A stretch of DNA of 64,000 nt from Octopus sinensis (GCF_006345805.1 NC_043005.1:102176001-102240000), one strand, 5' to 3'. Numbered from the stretch's first letter, positions 14,431 to 27,131 are shown. Numbers and translations are program-made. Notes: generated by a model not told the origin, from the letters alone.

Positions 14431-14994
14431 AATAAATGACCATCATCCAACTACATTCATGTTATTGGTGGAGATACGCAACAGGAAATTGGTAGTCTAC
14501 TTAAAATAATTCTGGGGAAAATGTTGATTCTGAGTGCTGCATTGTGAAACGCATCCCAATTATGTCATTATGAAGAAGTTCCTGAAGGAATGTTAAGGAA
14601 GTTTTAATCATTGGTTTTATTTGAACACTGGATATAGTACAAAGTATCTACACTTCAAGCATTAATATACCAAAAAGATTTCCCTGCGAAAGTTTTGAAA
14701 TATCTAACAGAAATAATTTCACATAATGCAAACGGAATAAAAGGATCAGTTAACTCGATCTCCAGTCTAACCTAGAACTGGGTGTATCAAAACCAGAATT
14801 ACTCCCCACAAAATGTTGTACTTTGATGACAGTAAGTATTTTATGTTCCATGAAACATGGACCATCACATTATTATGTGATCCTGTTTGTTGAATATTGT
14901 GAATAAAAAGATATATCTTTCGTATAATCAAATATGTCAGTTATTATACCTTATATAATATGTTTTAATATATGCTAATATTAAAAGGCAGCGA

Positions 14995-15122
14995 AAGGTG
15001 GTGAGCTGGCAGAATCGTTTTGAAGCCGGGATCGATAAAATGAATATCACTTTAGTGCCTGGGTTGATGTAATGAACTTACCTCCTGCCCCTAACTTGCT
15101 GGCATTGTGCAAAAATTTGAAA
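14995..15122 (+). mobile_element. Degraded, internally deleted SINE with family-A head and an alternative tail
   Basis: AAGGTGGTGAGCTGGCAGAATCGTT ... GATCGATAAAATGAATATCAC ... CTTGCTGGCATTGTGCAAAAATTTGAAA. Confidence 0.65.
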
Positions 15123-15552
15123 TTAATGTGTTTATATCATAAACAATATCAAAGTACTTGGATTAGATTTTTAAATACACACGGTGGATAGTACGGCAGC
15201 AGCACTTGGAATATAAAAACCATATAACAAAATTTTAGTATTCTGTGTGTTATTTGATTAGGTATAATATATAATAAATATAAAAAATAGTCTAGTTGTT
15301 CAATAATTAACTACAAAAGTATTTATGTAGCAGTGCTTCGCACCGTGTATGGAATTGTCCTCGGGGGAGCATGCTGGAAGCAATATGTGCAAGGAGGCTA
15401 CGAACATATCAGTATGATAATTGTAGTCAGACTCTTGCATAGATGTTAACTTAAACAAACACTTCAAAGCAATATTCTATAATACTGCTTGTTAGCCACA
15501 ACAACAGTAACAGTCACAACAACAACGAGAACAATGATAATAGAATTGAAAA

Positions 15553-15665
15553 TGTGAATACGTAAAGAAACAAAACCGAATATGTTCCTCATATGCATTA
15601 TATCACGAGATCACGTGAGCGCCTAGGCTAGTAGATACTGTTACACATCGCTGGTTGCAATGCGC
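15553..15665 (+). repeat. Dispersed repeat also present inverted at 17192-17304
   Basis: AGTAGATACTGTTACACATCGCTGGTTGCAATGCGC is the reverse complement of GCGCATTGTAACCAGCGATGTGTAACAGTATCTACT; the match extends ~110 bp. Confidence 0.85.
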
Positions 15666-15697
15666 CTAACACCAGGCACCTGGTTGCAATGCTCCAA

Positions 15698-15743
15698 GAC
15701 ACCTGATAAAGGCTGGAGGGTATATCAGCCGAAATGTTGTGTT
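15698..15743 (+). ncRNA. Degenerate minimal type I hammerhead motif (PLE terminal repeat)
   Basis: GACAC-CTGATAA-A-GGCTG..CAGCC-GAAA-TGTT-GTGTT. Stems I and II pair, but two core positions deviate (CUGAUGA to CUGAUAA; GAAAC to GAAAU). Confidence 0.6.
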
Positions 15744-16835
15744 AACAACAAACAAGATGAGGACAAATATCCGTCAATTGTAAACAATGTAAATAATGTA
15801 AACCGAAATTAATTTTATAATTTTAAAAATATATTGCGCAGCGAAGAATTTTGACACCCTGCGGGTGGAAACGGTTTTGGTTCTGAGATGTCTTTCATTT
15901 TGGCAATGAACGAACACCCGTCGTACAGAAACTTGGCAGTAGAACAGATAAAAAAGATGAGCAACATAGAAATTGTAATTCTAAATGAAAGATAGAAAAG
16001 AAGGGCAAACCTTCATAGAAAGCAACGTAGAATGGTAAATACTGGCATTAGTCTAGAGTTAAGAATTTCTATCAGGCGCAACATGGAACATAAAAAATCA
16101 ATAGCAAATAGTTGGCTAGGTGCTAATTAGCCGTGGTATTGGATATTGAATACTGTCTGAAATTTTTATTAACTAGTTGACAATGGTGTAATATCAAACT
16201 AACACCTTTATTTCTTTTGTTTATTTGTTTTTCTTTTTTCTCATAGTTACGAAGTTGACATCGATTTAAATAACACAAAAATAGCTGTAGAATTAATATT
16301 TTATATATTCTGTTGTCATTTAATATTCAACATAAAGTATATTGTAAATAAAATTGACGATATAATCGATAGTAAAACATGTTTCATTATAATACATCAC
16401 TTAAATGTTCTTCATTACCAAGCGGTGAAAAAATTGCACGTTAATTAAGAAAAACCTTCAATTAAGAACGAAGTTGCGCTTTGATGATTTATACAGTAAT
16501 TAAGTTAAACCTGTCTTATCACCAAGTATGAATTAATATGTAGATTATGTTCATAGTAATTATACGAAACCGATTACAGCACAAAGCTAGGTGTTATTTA
16601 AGAGAACTTTTTAATCTTATCATTGGTTTGTGTTAAAAAAAACATCAATGAAAACACTATAGTCTGTACTGAGTAAATTAATATAGTCGGGTGAACGTAG
16701 AAAATATATGATCTGATAATTTTTCTCGAATATTCTAAGAATGTAACATTAGGACAAGAAAATGGTTTCTAATGATTTCCTTGACTTTGATATCGTTCTT
16801 AATATAATATTGTAAATGGATGTGCATTTATACTC

Positions 16836-16911
<76 letters not shown>

Positions 16912-18338
16912 TCTTTTTGCAGGGAAATAAAACACTTGAACCTTGGCAGACAGAATCTAATTTTATTACATCAAAGCTGTATTACGAGTATAAATGTAAA
17001 AGAACGGTTTCACTTTAGAACGTGAGCACAATTGGGGCAGAACTGCTATGACTTCACCAAAGAGCTTATTTGGAAATGAAAATTTAATAGACATTTCATG
17101 TTGCTCTCCTCCTCTTCGTTCAGTGGGGGCATGTTGACCTGCTCACCTAGTTAGCGGGATGCTGTCATTTCAAATCTAAAACAAAGCAAAAGCGCATTGT
17201 AACCAGCGATGTGTAACAGTATCTACTAGCCTAGTGGCTCACGTGATCACGTGATATCATGAATATGAGGAATATATTCGGTTTTGATTCTTTACATATT
17301 CACAATTGGAGAAGAACTGCCATGACTTCACCAAAGAGCTTATTTGGAAACGAAAATTTGATAGACATTTCACCTATATGTCGTTACCTAACGCAAAACG
17401 AAAATATTCTTTTCAGATCTGTTGATGAGCGATAGCCGGATGCAAGTTCCAACATCCTGTTTGCCAAGTCTCTATGATGGCTTTAGTTTTACATGCTCAC
17501 ACTGCCCAACCTCAGGTTCTCTCTGAACGATCCTGTGCAGGATAGTTACCCCCGGATATCAACTTTATGCGGAATACAAAGCGTTCTATGGTATACGGCC
17601 AAACAACCTTCGTTACCCAAGTACGACAATCCACCATTCTGGATTCATACTTCTTTCAAACACCGACCCCGTTACTTAGGGAAGAGTATCAGAAATACAG
17701 TTACCATAAACTCTATTACCACTAACTAGACGTCACTAATCCCGTAATTAAGAGATATCGAATTATCTATTCATACTGAACAATGCTTCTGTCAATTATA
17801 AGTTGTGTTTACTTACTACATACTTCACTTGGTCACATTAATTTATCCTAAACTCAGTCACGTTAACCAATCCTACGATAGCACTAGAATACATGTCTCC
17901 TATGTTATACTGATATTACATTCTCAAAATAGCTTATCACCTGATAAGTCTATAACTCGCTGAACTAACTGATAAATGATTTTATTTCACGCACTTAGCA
18001 TGTAATCAAATGATCGTACACATTTATTGAATGTTCGCAATCAGTAATATGAAACAAATCAGTCGTCTATGTTTGAGATAAATCATCATAGAAATAAAGT
18101 AGTTATTGCTGCTTTGGGGACAGATGTTAAGTGAAGAAAATATAATAATGCCAATGTGTCGCGGATACAAATTATTGGGATTTATCACAATATACATAAA
18201 ATTGATACATTTATTAATCATCATTCAGTATACGAATACATAAGACATCCAATGAAATACAGACCTAAATTGATGTCTACATGGCTGTTTATATATGTGT
18301 GTTAATGTATGTGCGTGTATATGTACATATATATATAT

Positions 18339-18423
<85 letters not shown>

Positions 18424-18473
18424 ATGAATATATACACACATATATATATATATATATATATAATATATATATA

Positions 18474-18522
<49 letters not shown>

Positions 18523-18899
18523 ATGAATATATACACACATTCATACACGCATACATGCATACGCATATATATTTGTGTTTATGAATATACGAAAATGTAT
18601 ACATAGATACACACACACATATATGTATATATATGCATGTATGTATGTATTGATGCTTGTTTTAATGTACAGTTACATTATATAAAGTTTTACATTTATC
18701 TGAGTGTTACTCTTGTAGAGTACAAATTTATTATTCTTAATCAACAAACTTTTTGACGGTCACTACGAAGTCTCGGACAGTTAAGCCATCGTCGGACTGC
18801 GATGTATTGAAGTTAATCTTAGCTTTATATAATCTCTGTTGAGTGAAAACCGTCCTTAGGTGTATGGTGTAGAGAGGAGTCTTAATAACTTATTTAACA

Positions 18900-20060
18900 C
18901 TCATGATATACGCAGCCACAAGAAGCGTTTCCACCCGCAAAATGGAGAGGATTCACATAGACTTATCATTGAAAGATATTCTAATACCATCTAAAAGGGA
19001 ATATACGAAAGTCCTACTCGAAAAACAACAGCATTCATCTAAAGATTTAGATAGAAAGCCTACTTCTATGATAAGAAAGTAAGCACCAAAGAATACTAAT
19101 AGAGAGGAAACATCACTACTTCAGAGGAATTTCAAAACTAGGAATTACTCAGCACCAAATAATCGCTTAACGGCTTTCGAGGGAGAATTATGGACCATCG
19201 TTAAAAACATTAAGTTCCAGAAATTACCAGTAAGAAGAAATGGACATTTAAAAAGATTCTACTCTAGCATCCAACGACCTTAAGGGAAAAGACGGAATTC
19301 TTGTTCACGCGGATAAGACCGGTAACGTTTATAATCTCAATATACACTTTCACAAATTATAATAATAATAATGTTCGTCCTTCGGGTTCGAAGATGACCA
19401 TTGACATCATTTGGTGGAATTACTTAGAAACGAAATAACTAAGAACTATAAGATAAGAAATAATAAAACGTGAAAAATGATTAACAAAAAGCTTATGGAA
19501 ATAATGACTTGTTATAAAATAGATATTGATGGCTAATACTCTTCTATTAATCATATACTAATAAATAAGGCCCACTTATTTGCCAAAAAAAATTCAAATG
19601 TAAATATGAGCGAAATCAGCGTAATATTTGCAGTTCGGAAATATATTATGAAATTCGGTAAAAAATATTGGGTAAGAATGGACACTAGTGATAGTTTTGA
19701 AATAAAAATTTGATCTACTGACTCATACATACTATTTAAATTAGGAAGGGAATTTCCGGAACTTGGAGGGGGTCTATACAAGGATGACGCACTTTTTTAC
19801 CCTCAGTAACATCTCTAAGAAATTTTATAAATTTTTCGAAAAATATAGGGTTCTCTATCACTATCGAAAATGAACATAACTCATTAAAATTATTGGAGCA
19901 TTAACCTAGATCTAGAAAAAGGAAAATATAAGCATTGCCATAAACCGAATATTGGTCTAATGTACATTAACGTAAATAGTAACCAGAAATATTACACAAA
20001 TTGGTTGAAAATATTTCCAAAAGAATTCCTAATCTCTCAGAGAATGAGGAAATCTCTAAG
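18900..20060 (+). mobile_element. Penelope-like element RT relic
   Basis: SLKDILIPSKREYTKVLLEK (from 18966), ADKTGNVY (19309-19332), catalytic GLYKDD (19771-19788), then INLDLEKGKYKHCHKPN and YINVNSNQ. Many stops. Confidence 0.85.
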
Positions 20061-20068
20061 CAGAATGT

Positions 20069-20114
<46 letters not shown>

Positions 20115-20175
20115 TATATTATATATATATATATTATATATATATATATATTATATATATATATATTCATTCATA

Positions 20176-20219
<44 letters not shown>

Positions 20220-20242
20220 ATATATACATATACATAATATAC

Positions 20243-20284
<42 letters not shown>

Positions 20285-20639
20285 ATATATATCATGTTTA
20301 AATAAAATATTGGTAAAAAAGTGTTTTAGAAATTAGAAATTTTGAAATTTCAGATTCTAAAAAGGAATGGGAAAAATGAAAAGGACTGTAAAAGAAAAGG
20401 ATGTTCCTACTTGCTTGCATATAGATATATATTTATTATGTGTGTATGTAGGCTTGTTTACTTATATTAGAAAACCTTTAATGAGGATTTAAGTTGGAGA
20501 TAAAGAAACATTTAAATCATTTCTAGCATACTTGCTTGGAGTAAAGTGGTAAAACTGTATTTTATATATATTATGGAGATAGATAATGCTAAACATGGAA
20601 GATGGGGAGGTTAGTGAGATATTAACATGCTTAGTCATT

Positions 20640-20950
20640 AGATATGAATTATTGGTTTAAAACGTTTTAGTGTTTTTAAGATTTTGTACTTCTATGAATA
20701 GACCAATGCTGGGTTTCGGTTCAGATTTTCGTCCATGAAAGGTAGAATTTGATAGGAGTAATTCAGACAAATCCTGCAGGGTTTCTTGTTACTTGGTTGC
20801 TAAACGCGGTATATTTTGATTTTAATCGCTATATATATTTCAATGGTGCTGCATCATCCTTCATGATTAGGTTGCAGAGTGTGCTTTTGTTTGTTGTATG
20901 TTGGCTTCAACTGGTGTGCTGTAGCTCCTATATATATGTAATTATCAAAG
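20640..20950 (-). mobile_element. Penelope-like GIY-YIG endonuclease relic
   Basis: Minus-strand DNYIYIGATAHQLKPTYNKQKHTLQ (20946-20872) and NKKPCRICLN (20790-20761) resemble the PLE YIGxT..F..RY..HK and KxCxLC motifs. Confidence 0.7.
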
Positions 20951-21167
20951 TTAGTGACAAAGCAAAGAATTAAAACTGATTAAAGCAAAAAGAACTAAGG
21001 ATACCGACATATTCTGTGCGTACCTCACAAAGGTAATTCACCTAATAATACACATATGCTTACAAAGTTCTACATACTGGAATAAATTCTAAACAATAAC
21101 AATAATACGTGTACACGCACACACACACGTGCATTTATACACAAACGCATATATGTATGCATTTAGG

Positions 21168-21198
<31 letters not shown>

Positions 21199-21209
21199 AT
21201 AAAAATAAT

Positions 21210-21245
<36 letters not shown>

Positions 21246-22561
21246 CTAAGCAATTAAGGGTTTAGCAACGAATTGCCTTACCACACACCGAATTTAGAAA
21301 TAGCAGTCAAAGAGATTATAGCTATTTCTTCTACTAAAAGGGAGATCACAGTAAAGACACAGCATTTGAAAGGCAAACACAAACAGGTGAGAGAGAATGA
21401 ATTAACGGCAATCTATCATACAGTTTTAAGTCACCTACGGACGTACGTTTCGAGATCAAGTCTTAGGAAAGCATAAGAATTAGATAACTCTACCTTACCC
21501 AGACTTCTTCTTTCATCAGCGCAGGATACAAACAATCATGAATGATTGAATATTGAATTTTGAGATACTAGAAGGCACCAACTCAACTCAGTATCAGAGC
21601 GAGCTAGAAGCCACAGCTAGTATCACCAAATTCAAAGTATGAATGAAAGCTTGTGTCACCAGTCCCTTCCCACCCGCGTGTAGCCAAGACAAAGTGCCGT
21701 GGTCATTTACTGGGATGAATATAGTTATGAGTAACAATGAAGGTGAAATTAATTAATTTGGAATAATTATCAATTACACCAAGTAGTCTGCGCATATATA
21801 TATATGCGGGTGGGTGTGTGTGTGTTTATGTACATGTTTACACGTGAGTGCGTGTGTATGCTTATAGGCTTGGAGGCGTATATGTACGCGTGTATATGGG
21901 TGTATGTATCCATGATGGTGTGTATGTACGAGATGACCAATTAAATCAAGGAACTAGATTAAACGCTCAACAGCTCTGATTTACAACACATTAGGTCCCC
22001 AGGCGACACTGTTGATTTATTGACACTCAAAATTTCTACAACTAAATTTTATCAATCTCCTGACCACCATGTTTGGTCCGTAACCTCTATACATACCTTA
22101 TCTTTATACTTTTTTACATTTTTATCATGTTTATTCCTATTTTAATTTTTTTACTTTTTACTTTTATTTCTATTTCTATTTTTACTTTATAACCTTATGC
22201 CTTTACATTTATTTATATTTCTTTATATTTCTTTATATTCTTTATACCCCCTTTACATCTCCTTACATCCTTTTACATCTTTATACTCTACATTTTTATA
22301 TTTTTCTATACTTACACTTCTTATACATTTTTATCCCTCGTCCTGAATTCTCGCCCCTCCATCTTCACGTCTATATATGTATTTATTTATTTATTTACAT
22401 TACTTCAACATCCAAATTTCCTCATTCTACATTGAGAGAAGAAACAGATGGAAGCCTCAATTCTATGCTGCTGCCGCATTATGTCGTACGCGAATGAGAG
22501 GATTTGCATCCCCAACCAAGAATTTTTGATGTAACACATGTCCTTGTAGAAGCTGTTGTGC

Positions 22562-22639
22562 GCGGCTGAAGAAGGCCACAGACATACATTATGCATTGTT
22601 ATAAATCTGTCTAATAAAGGCCCGAAACATATGTACCGC
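22562..22639 (+). ncRNA. Minimal type I hammerhead ribozyme candidate (PLE-type)
   Basis: Stem I GCGG/CCGC; core CTGAAGA; stem II GGCC/GGCC with a long loop; GAAA; palindromic stem III ACATATGT; predicted cleavage after GUA at 22635. Confidence 0.75.
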
Positions 22640-23326
22640 TGAATCCTTCGCATCATGTTTTTATTTTGATCAATTTACTCCACCACCTACACCACCAAAC
22701 GGTATACACAGGTGCTTATAATTATCAAGTACTCACCCCGAATTTCTATATATATATATATATATATATATGAATAAACAATAAAAGCCAGGAGGTATGA
22801 TAAGTGAATATATTTTCATTTATTCAACCACATGACATCCCTACGAGATTTAATCATAATTTTCTTCTACACTGAAATGCATACTGTATGAAGAAGTTTG
22901 CGAAACGGCCGTACCCCTAAGGACATCACATTGTGAAATATATGTATATATACACCTCTCGTATTTCCGAAATTTTATGGCATACAGTCCTCATTAAATA
23001 ATTTCATTGACCAAATCTACTGGATTTCAATTGCATGGATACACTACATTTTACTGTATTGGATTACATTGTGGAGTAAGAGGATGTTGTATGTGAATTT
23101 GTATCGTCATACATATATTCCTATGTACACTCTGGACGCACTTCGGCACCCGCATGTGCGTGTAAATAGCCACAGACAACTAGATATAACAGACATTTAT
23201 TGCTGCAAGCGTACACATGCTCACATACATACACATAATTATAAACGATCATACACACTTACAGAACAATTATTCAGACCGTAGTAAACTTTGACAAATA
23301 TATTACTGCATCACATAAACAATGTT

Positions 23327-23476
23327 CTTTTCTACTCTAGGCACACGGCCCGAAATTTCGGGAGAGGGGACAGTCGATGAGATTAACCCCCATTACGGAA
23401 CTGGTACTTAATTTTTCGATCCCGAGAAGATGAAAGGCAAAGTCAACCGCCTGTGGAATTTGAACTCAGAATGTAA
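23327..23476 (-). mobile_element. SINE with family-A central domain and an alternative tail, head missing
   Basis: GATCCCGAGAAGATGAAAGGCAAAGTCAACC..GGAATTTGAACTCAGAA matches family A. The tail (reverse complement) is CCCCTCTCCCGAAATTTCGGGCCGTGTGCCTAGAGTAGAAAAG. Confidence 0.75.
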
Positions 23477-23710
23477 TCATACATAGAATATACCAGAAAA
23501 ATGTGTACAGGCAGTCACACAAACACACAGGGGATAATTTCTGAAAAATAGGAAATATTAAATTTTTTCCCTCCTCCCAAGCTTGAAGTTTAATCATTGA
23601 TTGTGAACTCATCCTACCTGTTTTTTTTTATTTGTTTTGTTTACTATACGCCATTTGAACATACACACTTGCATACATGATTCTGCCTAATACATATCAT
23701 TATATTTTAT

Positions 23711-23850
23711 AGCGGTTCGGCAAAATAGACCGATAGAATAAGTACTGGGCTTACAAAGAATAAGTTCCGGGGTCGATTTGCTCGACTAAAGGCGGTGCTC
23801 CAGCATGGCCGCAGTCAAATGACTGAAACAAGTAAAAGAGTAAAAGAGTA
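23711..23850 (+). mobile_element. SINE family C 3' fragment
   Basis: GCGGTTCGGCAAAA..GGCGGTGCTCCAGCATGGCCGCAGTCAAATGACTGAAAC is the reverse complement of the tail of the 25837-26237 copy; it ends in (AAAGAGT)n. Confidence 0.85.
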
Positions 23851-24030
23851 TACGTAAATATGTATGTACATATACATATATATTATGTATAAACGAAACA
23901 TATATGTACATACATTTATATATATATATATATATTCATTAATTTCTTATCTGTTTCAGTCATTTGACTGTAGTCATGATGAGCACATGCATACATCCCC
24001 GCGCGCGCACACACACACACTACGCACACG

Positions 24031-24061
<31 letters not shown>

Positions 24062-24399
24062 GTTATAATTTCCAAATCTATCTGAAGGAGATATACAGCA
24101 GCACTACTGGGTCTTGAAATTTATTGCCAAACTCACGTGGCAGTCCAGAGAAATTACAGACCGGGCTTGTAAAACACGACTCTTGCTAGACTCGGGTGCT
24201 CTACATTGATAACGGGCAACTATCCCTAAACCCGTCTATGGTTGCCAAGCCAGCAAGGGGAAATTGATGACCTCCCCTGCTCGAAGTTTTATGGATGCAA
24301 GTTTGTTCGTCATATAGCTAGCTAGTGGAGATTCGCCTCTCGGAGCTAATCAACAGCAGCATTCATCCTATTTCTCTGGACACTGCCACGTTAGTTTGG

Positions 24400-24437
<38 letters not shown>

Positions 24438-25083
24438 TAGGTAAATCTGGTTTCCAAATGATACCTTCAGTTTTAGCATATATTTAGTACTCAATAAATT
24501 TTTGCTAATCTTGAAGTTACTATTACAAAACGTAAAGCTCACAGCCTATAATTCTGTCCTCATATCAAATAAAGTTTGGCGGCTTTCGTATTTTACTGGC
24601 ATTTCTTTGATAAGAAAGTCGCTGATAAGATTTTTAGAATATAACTCCGTTATCCCGAAAAGAAACAAAATGAGATTCAAAAGTTTCGATTATCTGACAG
24701 AGTGTTAGAGAACCAAGGAGAAATCATAATCTCGTTCTAATGTTTCTAATCTTAAAAGATCATGTCGGATTTTTCTTTTTCTTTTGACGAGTTTATCAGT
24801 CTCATTTGAGTAGAAATTAAACTGGTGATTAATGTTTTGGAGTAAAGTTTTTAAACTTTAGATATTTTAATGATTAATCAGCCGAGTAGAATCTTATCAG
24901 CAAGTCAGAACAGTTATACTACAATGTTTAGTTTCCTTATTGATATAATTGCTGGTATTTTTTTCTTTTCAAAACTTAAGTAGCCCCGTGGCAAATATAC
25001 TACATAAAGAAGTGTGTGTTCATCATATGTATGACATTATTGCTTCTGTGATGCACCCTAGTAAATCAGTTAAAGTGAAATAA

Positions 25084-25501
25084 CTATTTCTTTACTACCC
25101 ACATGGGGCTAAACTCAGAGAGGACAAACAAGGAGAGACAAACGGATTAAGTCGATTATATCGACCACACTGTGTAACTGGTACTTAAATTATCGATCCC
25201 GAAAGGATGAAACGCAAAGTCGACCTCGGCGGAATTTGAACTCAGAACGTAACGACAGACGAAATACCTATTTATTTACTACCCACAAGGGGCTAAACAC
25301 AGAGGGGACAAACAAGGATAGACAAACGGATTAAGTCGATTACATCGACTCCAGTGCGTAACTGGTACTTAATTTATCGACCCCGAAATGATGAAAGGCA
25401 AAGTCGACCTCGGCGGTATTTGAACTCAGAACATAACGGCAGACGAAATACGGCAACGCATTTCGCCCGGCGTGCTAACGTTTCTGCCAGCTCACCGCCT
25501 T
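25084..25501 (-). mobile_element. SINE family A head-to-tail dimer (full unit plus headless unit)
   Basis: Two consecutive bodies are joined at GAAATACC|TATTT (25261-25270), and there is a single head at 25450-25501. Confidence 0.9.
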
Positions 25502-25836
25502 AGTTGTGGTTTCGGTTCGCGACTGAAGTTATTTCACTTTAACTATATCTTATCGTGGTTATATAGAGCTGTATTACCGGAGAATGTTGTGTCTCACAGT
25601 ATGGAACAATTGCTCGTGCCAACAGCAGACAAAATGGAAAAGGCGCTGACCCGGAGGATAGATACGAAGAGTGACTCTGACTTATGGACTTCGCACCTGC
25701 GGACACCAATCTTTGAAACCCCACCGTCTCCCGGGGGTGTTCATGAACCGAGGTCACTGCTTATCATCAGCTGTAGATGAAATTTTAAACTAAATTGACC
25801 TCGTCACCAGCGATGTATATTAGTCATAAGATGTAT

Positions 25837-26237
25837 CTTTCTTTTTTTCTTTTTTTACTTGTTTCAGTCATTTGACTGCGGCCATGCTGGAGCACCGCCT
25901 TTAGTCGAGCAAATCGACCCCGGGACTTATTCTTTGTAAGCCCAGTACTTATTCTATCGGTCTCTTTTGCCGAACCGCTAAGTGACAGGGACGTAAACAC
26001 ACCAGCATCGGTTGTCAAACAATGCTAGGGGGACAAACACACACACATACAATAATATATATATATATATACATATATACGACAGGCTTATTTCAGTTTC
26101 TGTCTACCAAATCCACTCACAAGGCATTGGTCGGCCCGAGGTTATAGCAGAAGACACTTGCCCAAGATGCCACGCAGTGGGACTGAACCCGGAACCATGT
26201 GGTTGGTAAGCAAGCTACTTACCACACAGCCACTCCT
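25837..26237 (-). mobile_element. tRNA-derived CORE-like SINE, family C, full length with an internal microsatellite
   Basis: Reverse-complement head AGGAGTGGCTGTGTGGTAAG (A-box) ... GGTTCAGTCCC (B-box), then GGCATCTTGGGCAAGTGTCTT, which resembles the CORE domain. A-rich tail. Confidence 0.85.
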
Positions 26238-27020
26238 TCAAATTATTTTTAATTCCATATAAATTCTATTGGCGTTCAAGAAGGTTTAACCGTACAAATA
26301 AATTTGCGCAGTTGTGTACATAATGTAGTCTGGTCGCACATCTAACATGCACGTAGAGGCAATCATTAGTGTTACTGTGTAATCAGACACGAGTTAAACG
26401 AGTTCCGATGGCTTTAACAAAATCTAACAGAAGTCAAAGTCAACTCAGGCTCTCTCTATCTCTCTCTCTCTTTCCATTGTTGGGTAAACCACCCGTGCGT
26501 TCAGATGTTTGTATTTATCATTTTCATCGTAAATCTGTCCACAAACCGATAAAATATAATTTCGGATAACTGAAATTGCTTATCTAATAATATTAAAATA
26601 TAATTAAATCAAATATTAACTTGATCCTATAATGTTAATTGAAATATACCTATTTGAAGTGTGCTTTATAGAATAGTTAGAGACTAAATTAGATTTCATT
26701 TGCTTTAAACATAAGTCGATATACCAACAAATAGGTATTACTCTGCATGTATACATGTGTATACCAATATACATGCATGACTGCTTATACGTATATACAC
26801 CAGTACTTGAGTATATATATGTATGTATATAATAATAATATTAATAATAGGGAGTATAGCTCCAAACTTACAGGGAAAAACTCGATTTAGTATTAAATCA
26901 AATTTCACAGTATAAATATATAAAATATGAATTAGATATAAAACCACTATTATGCAACTCAAACAGTGATAGACATAAGCCAATACATAAATAAAAAATT
27001 ATATAAATATAATTAATATA

Positions 27021-27052
<32 letters not shown>

Positions 27053-27131
27053 TATATATAATTTTTTTTATGTTCATCACTGTCTGAGTTGCATAATAGT
27101 ACTTTTATCTCTATTTCATATTTTATGTATG

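Noticed and set aside
14776-14831. Possible 56-nt exon (CTAACCTAG ... A|GTAAGT)
   Set aside because: Two frames are open but neither peptide is recognisable, and there is no partner exon.
16247-16448. Strong pyrimidine tract and AG followed by a ~66-codon open frame (YEVDIDLNNTKI...)
   Set aside because: No recognisable domain, no donor site, and the composition is like the AT-rich background. RNA-seq would be needed.
24080-24400. GC-richer block resembling a LINE 5' UTR
   Set aside because: No second copy or ORF in the window to support an assignment.
24440-24980. Possible minus-strand L1-type linker relic (ETLERD.., FGITELYSK)
   Set aside because: Similarity is too weak to call by eye.
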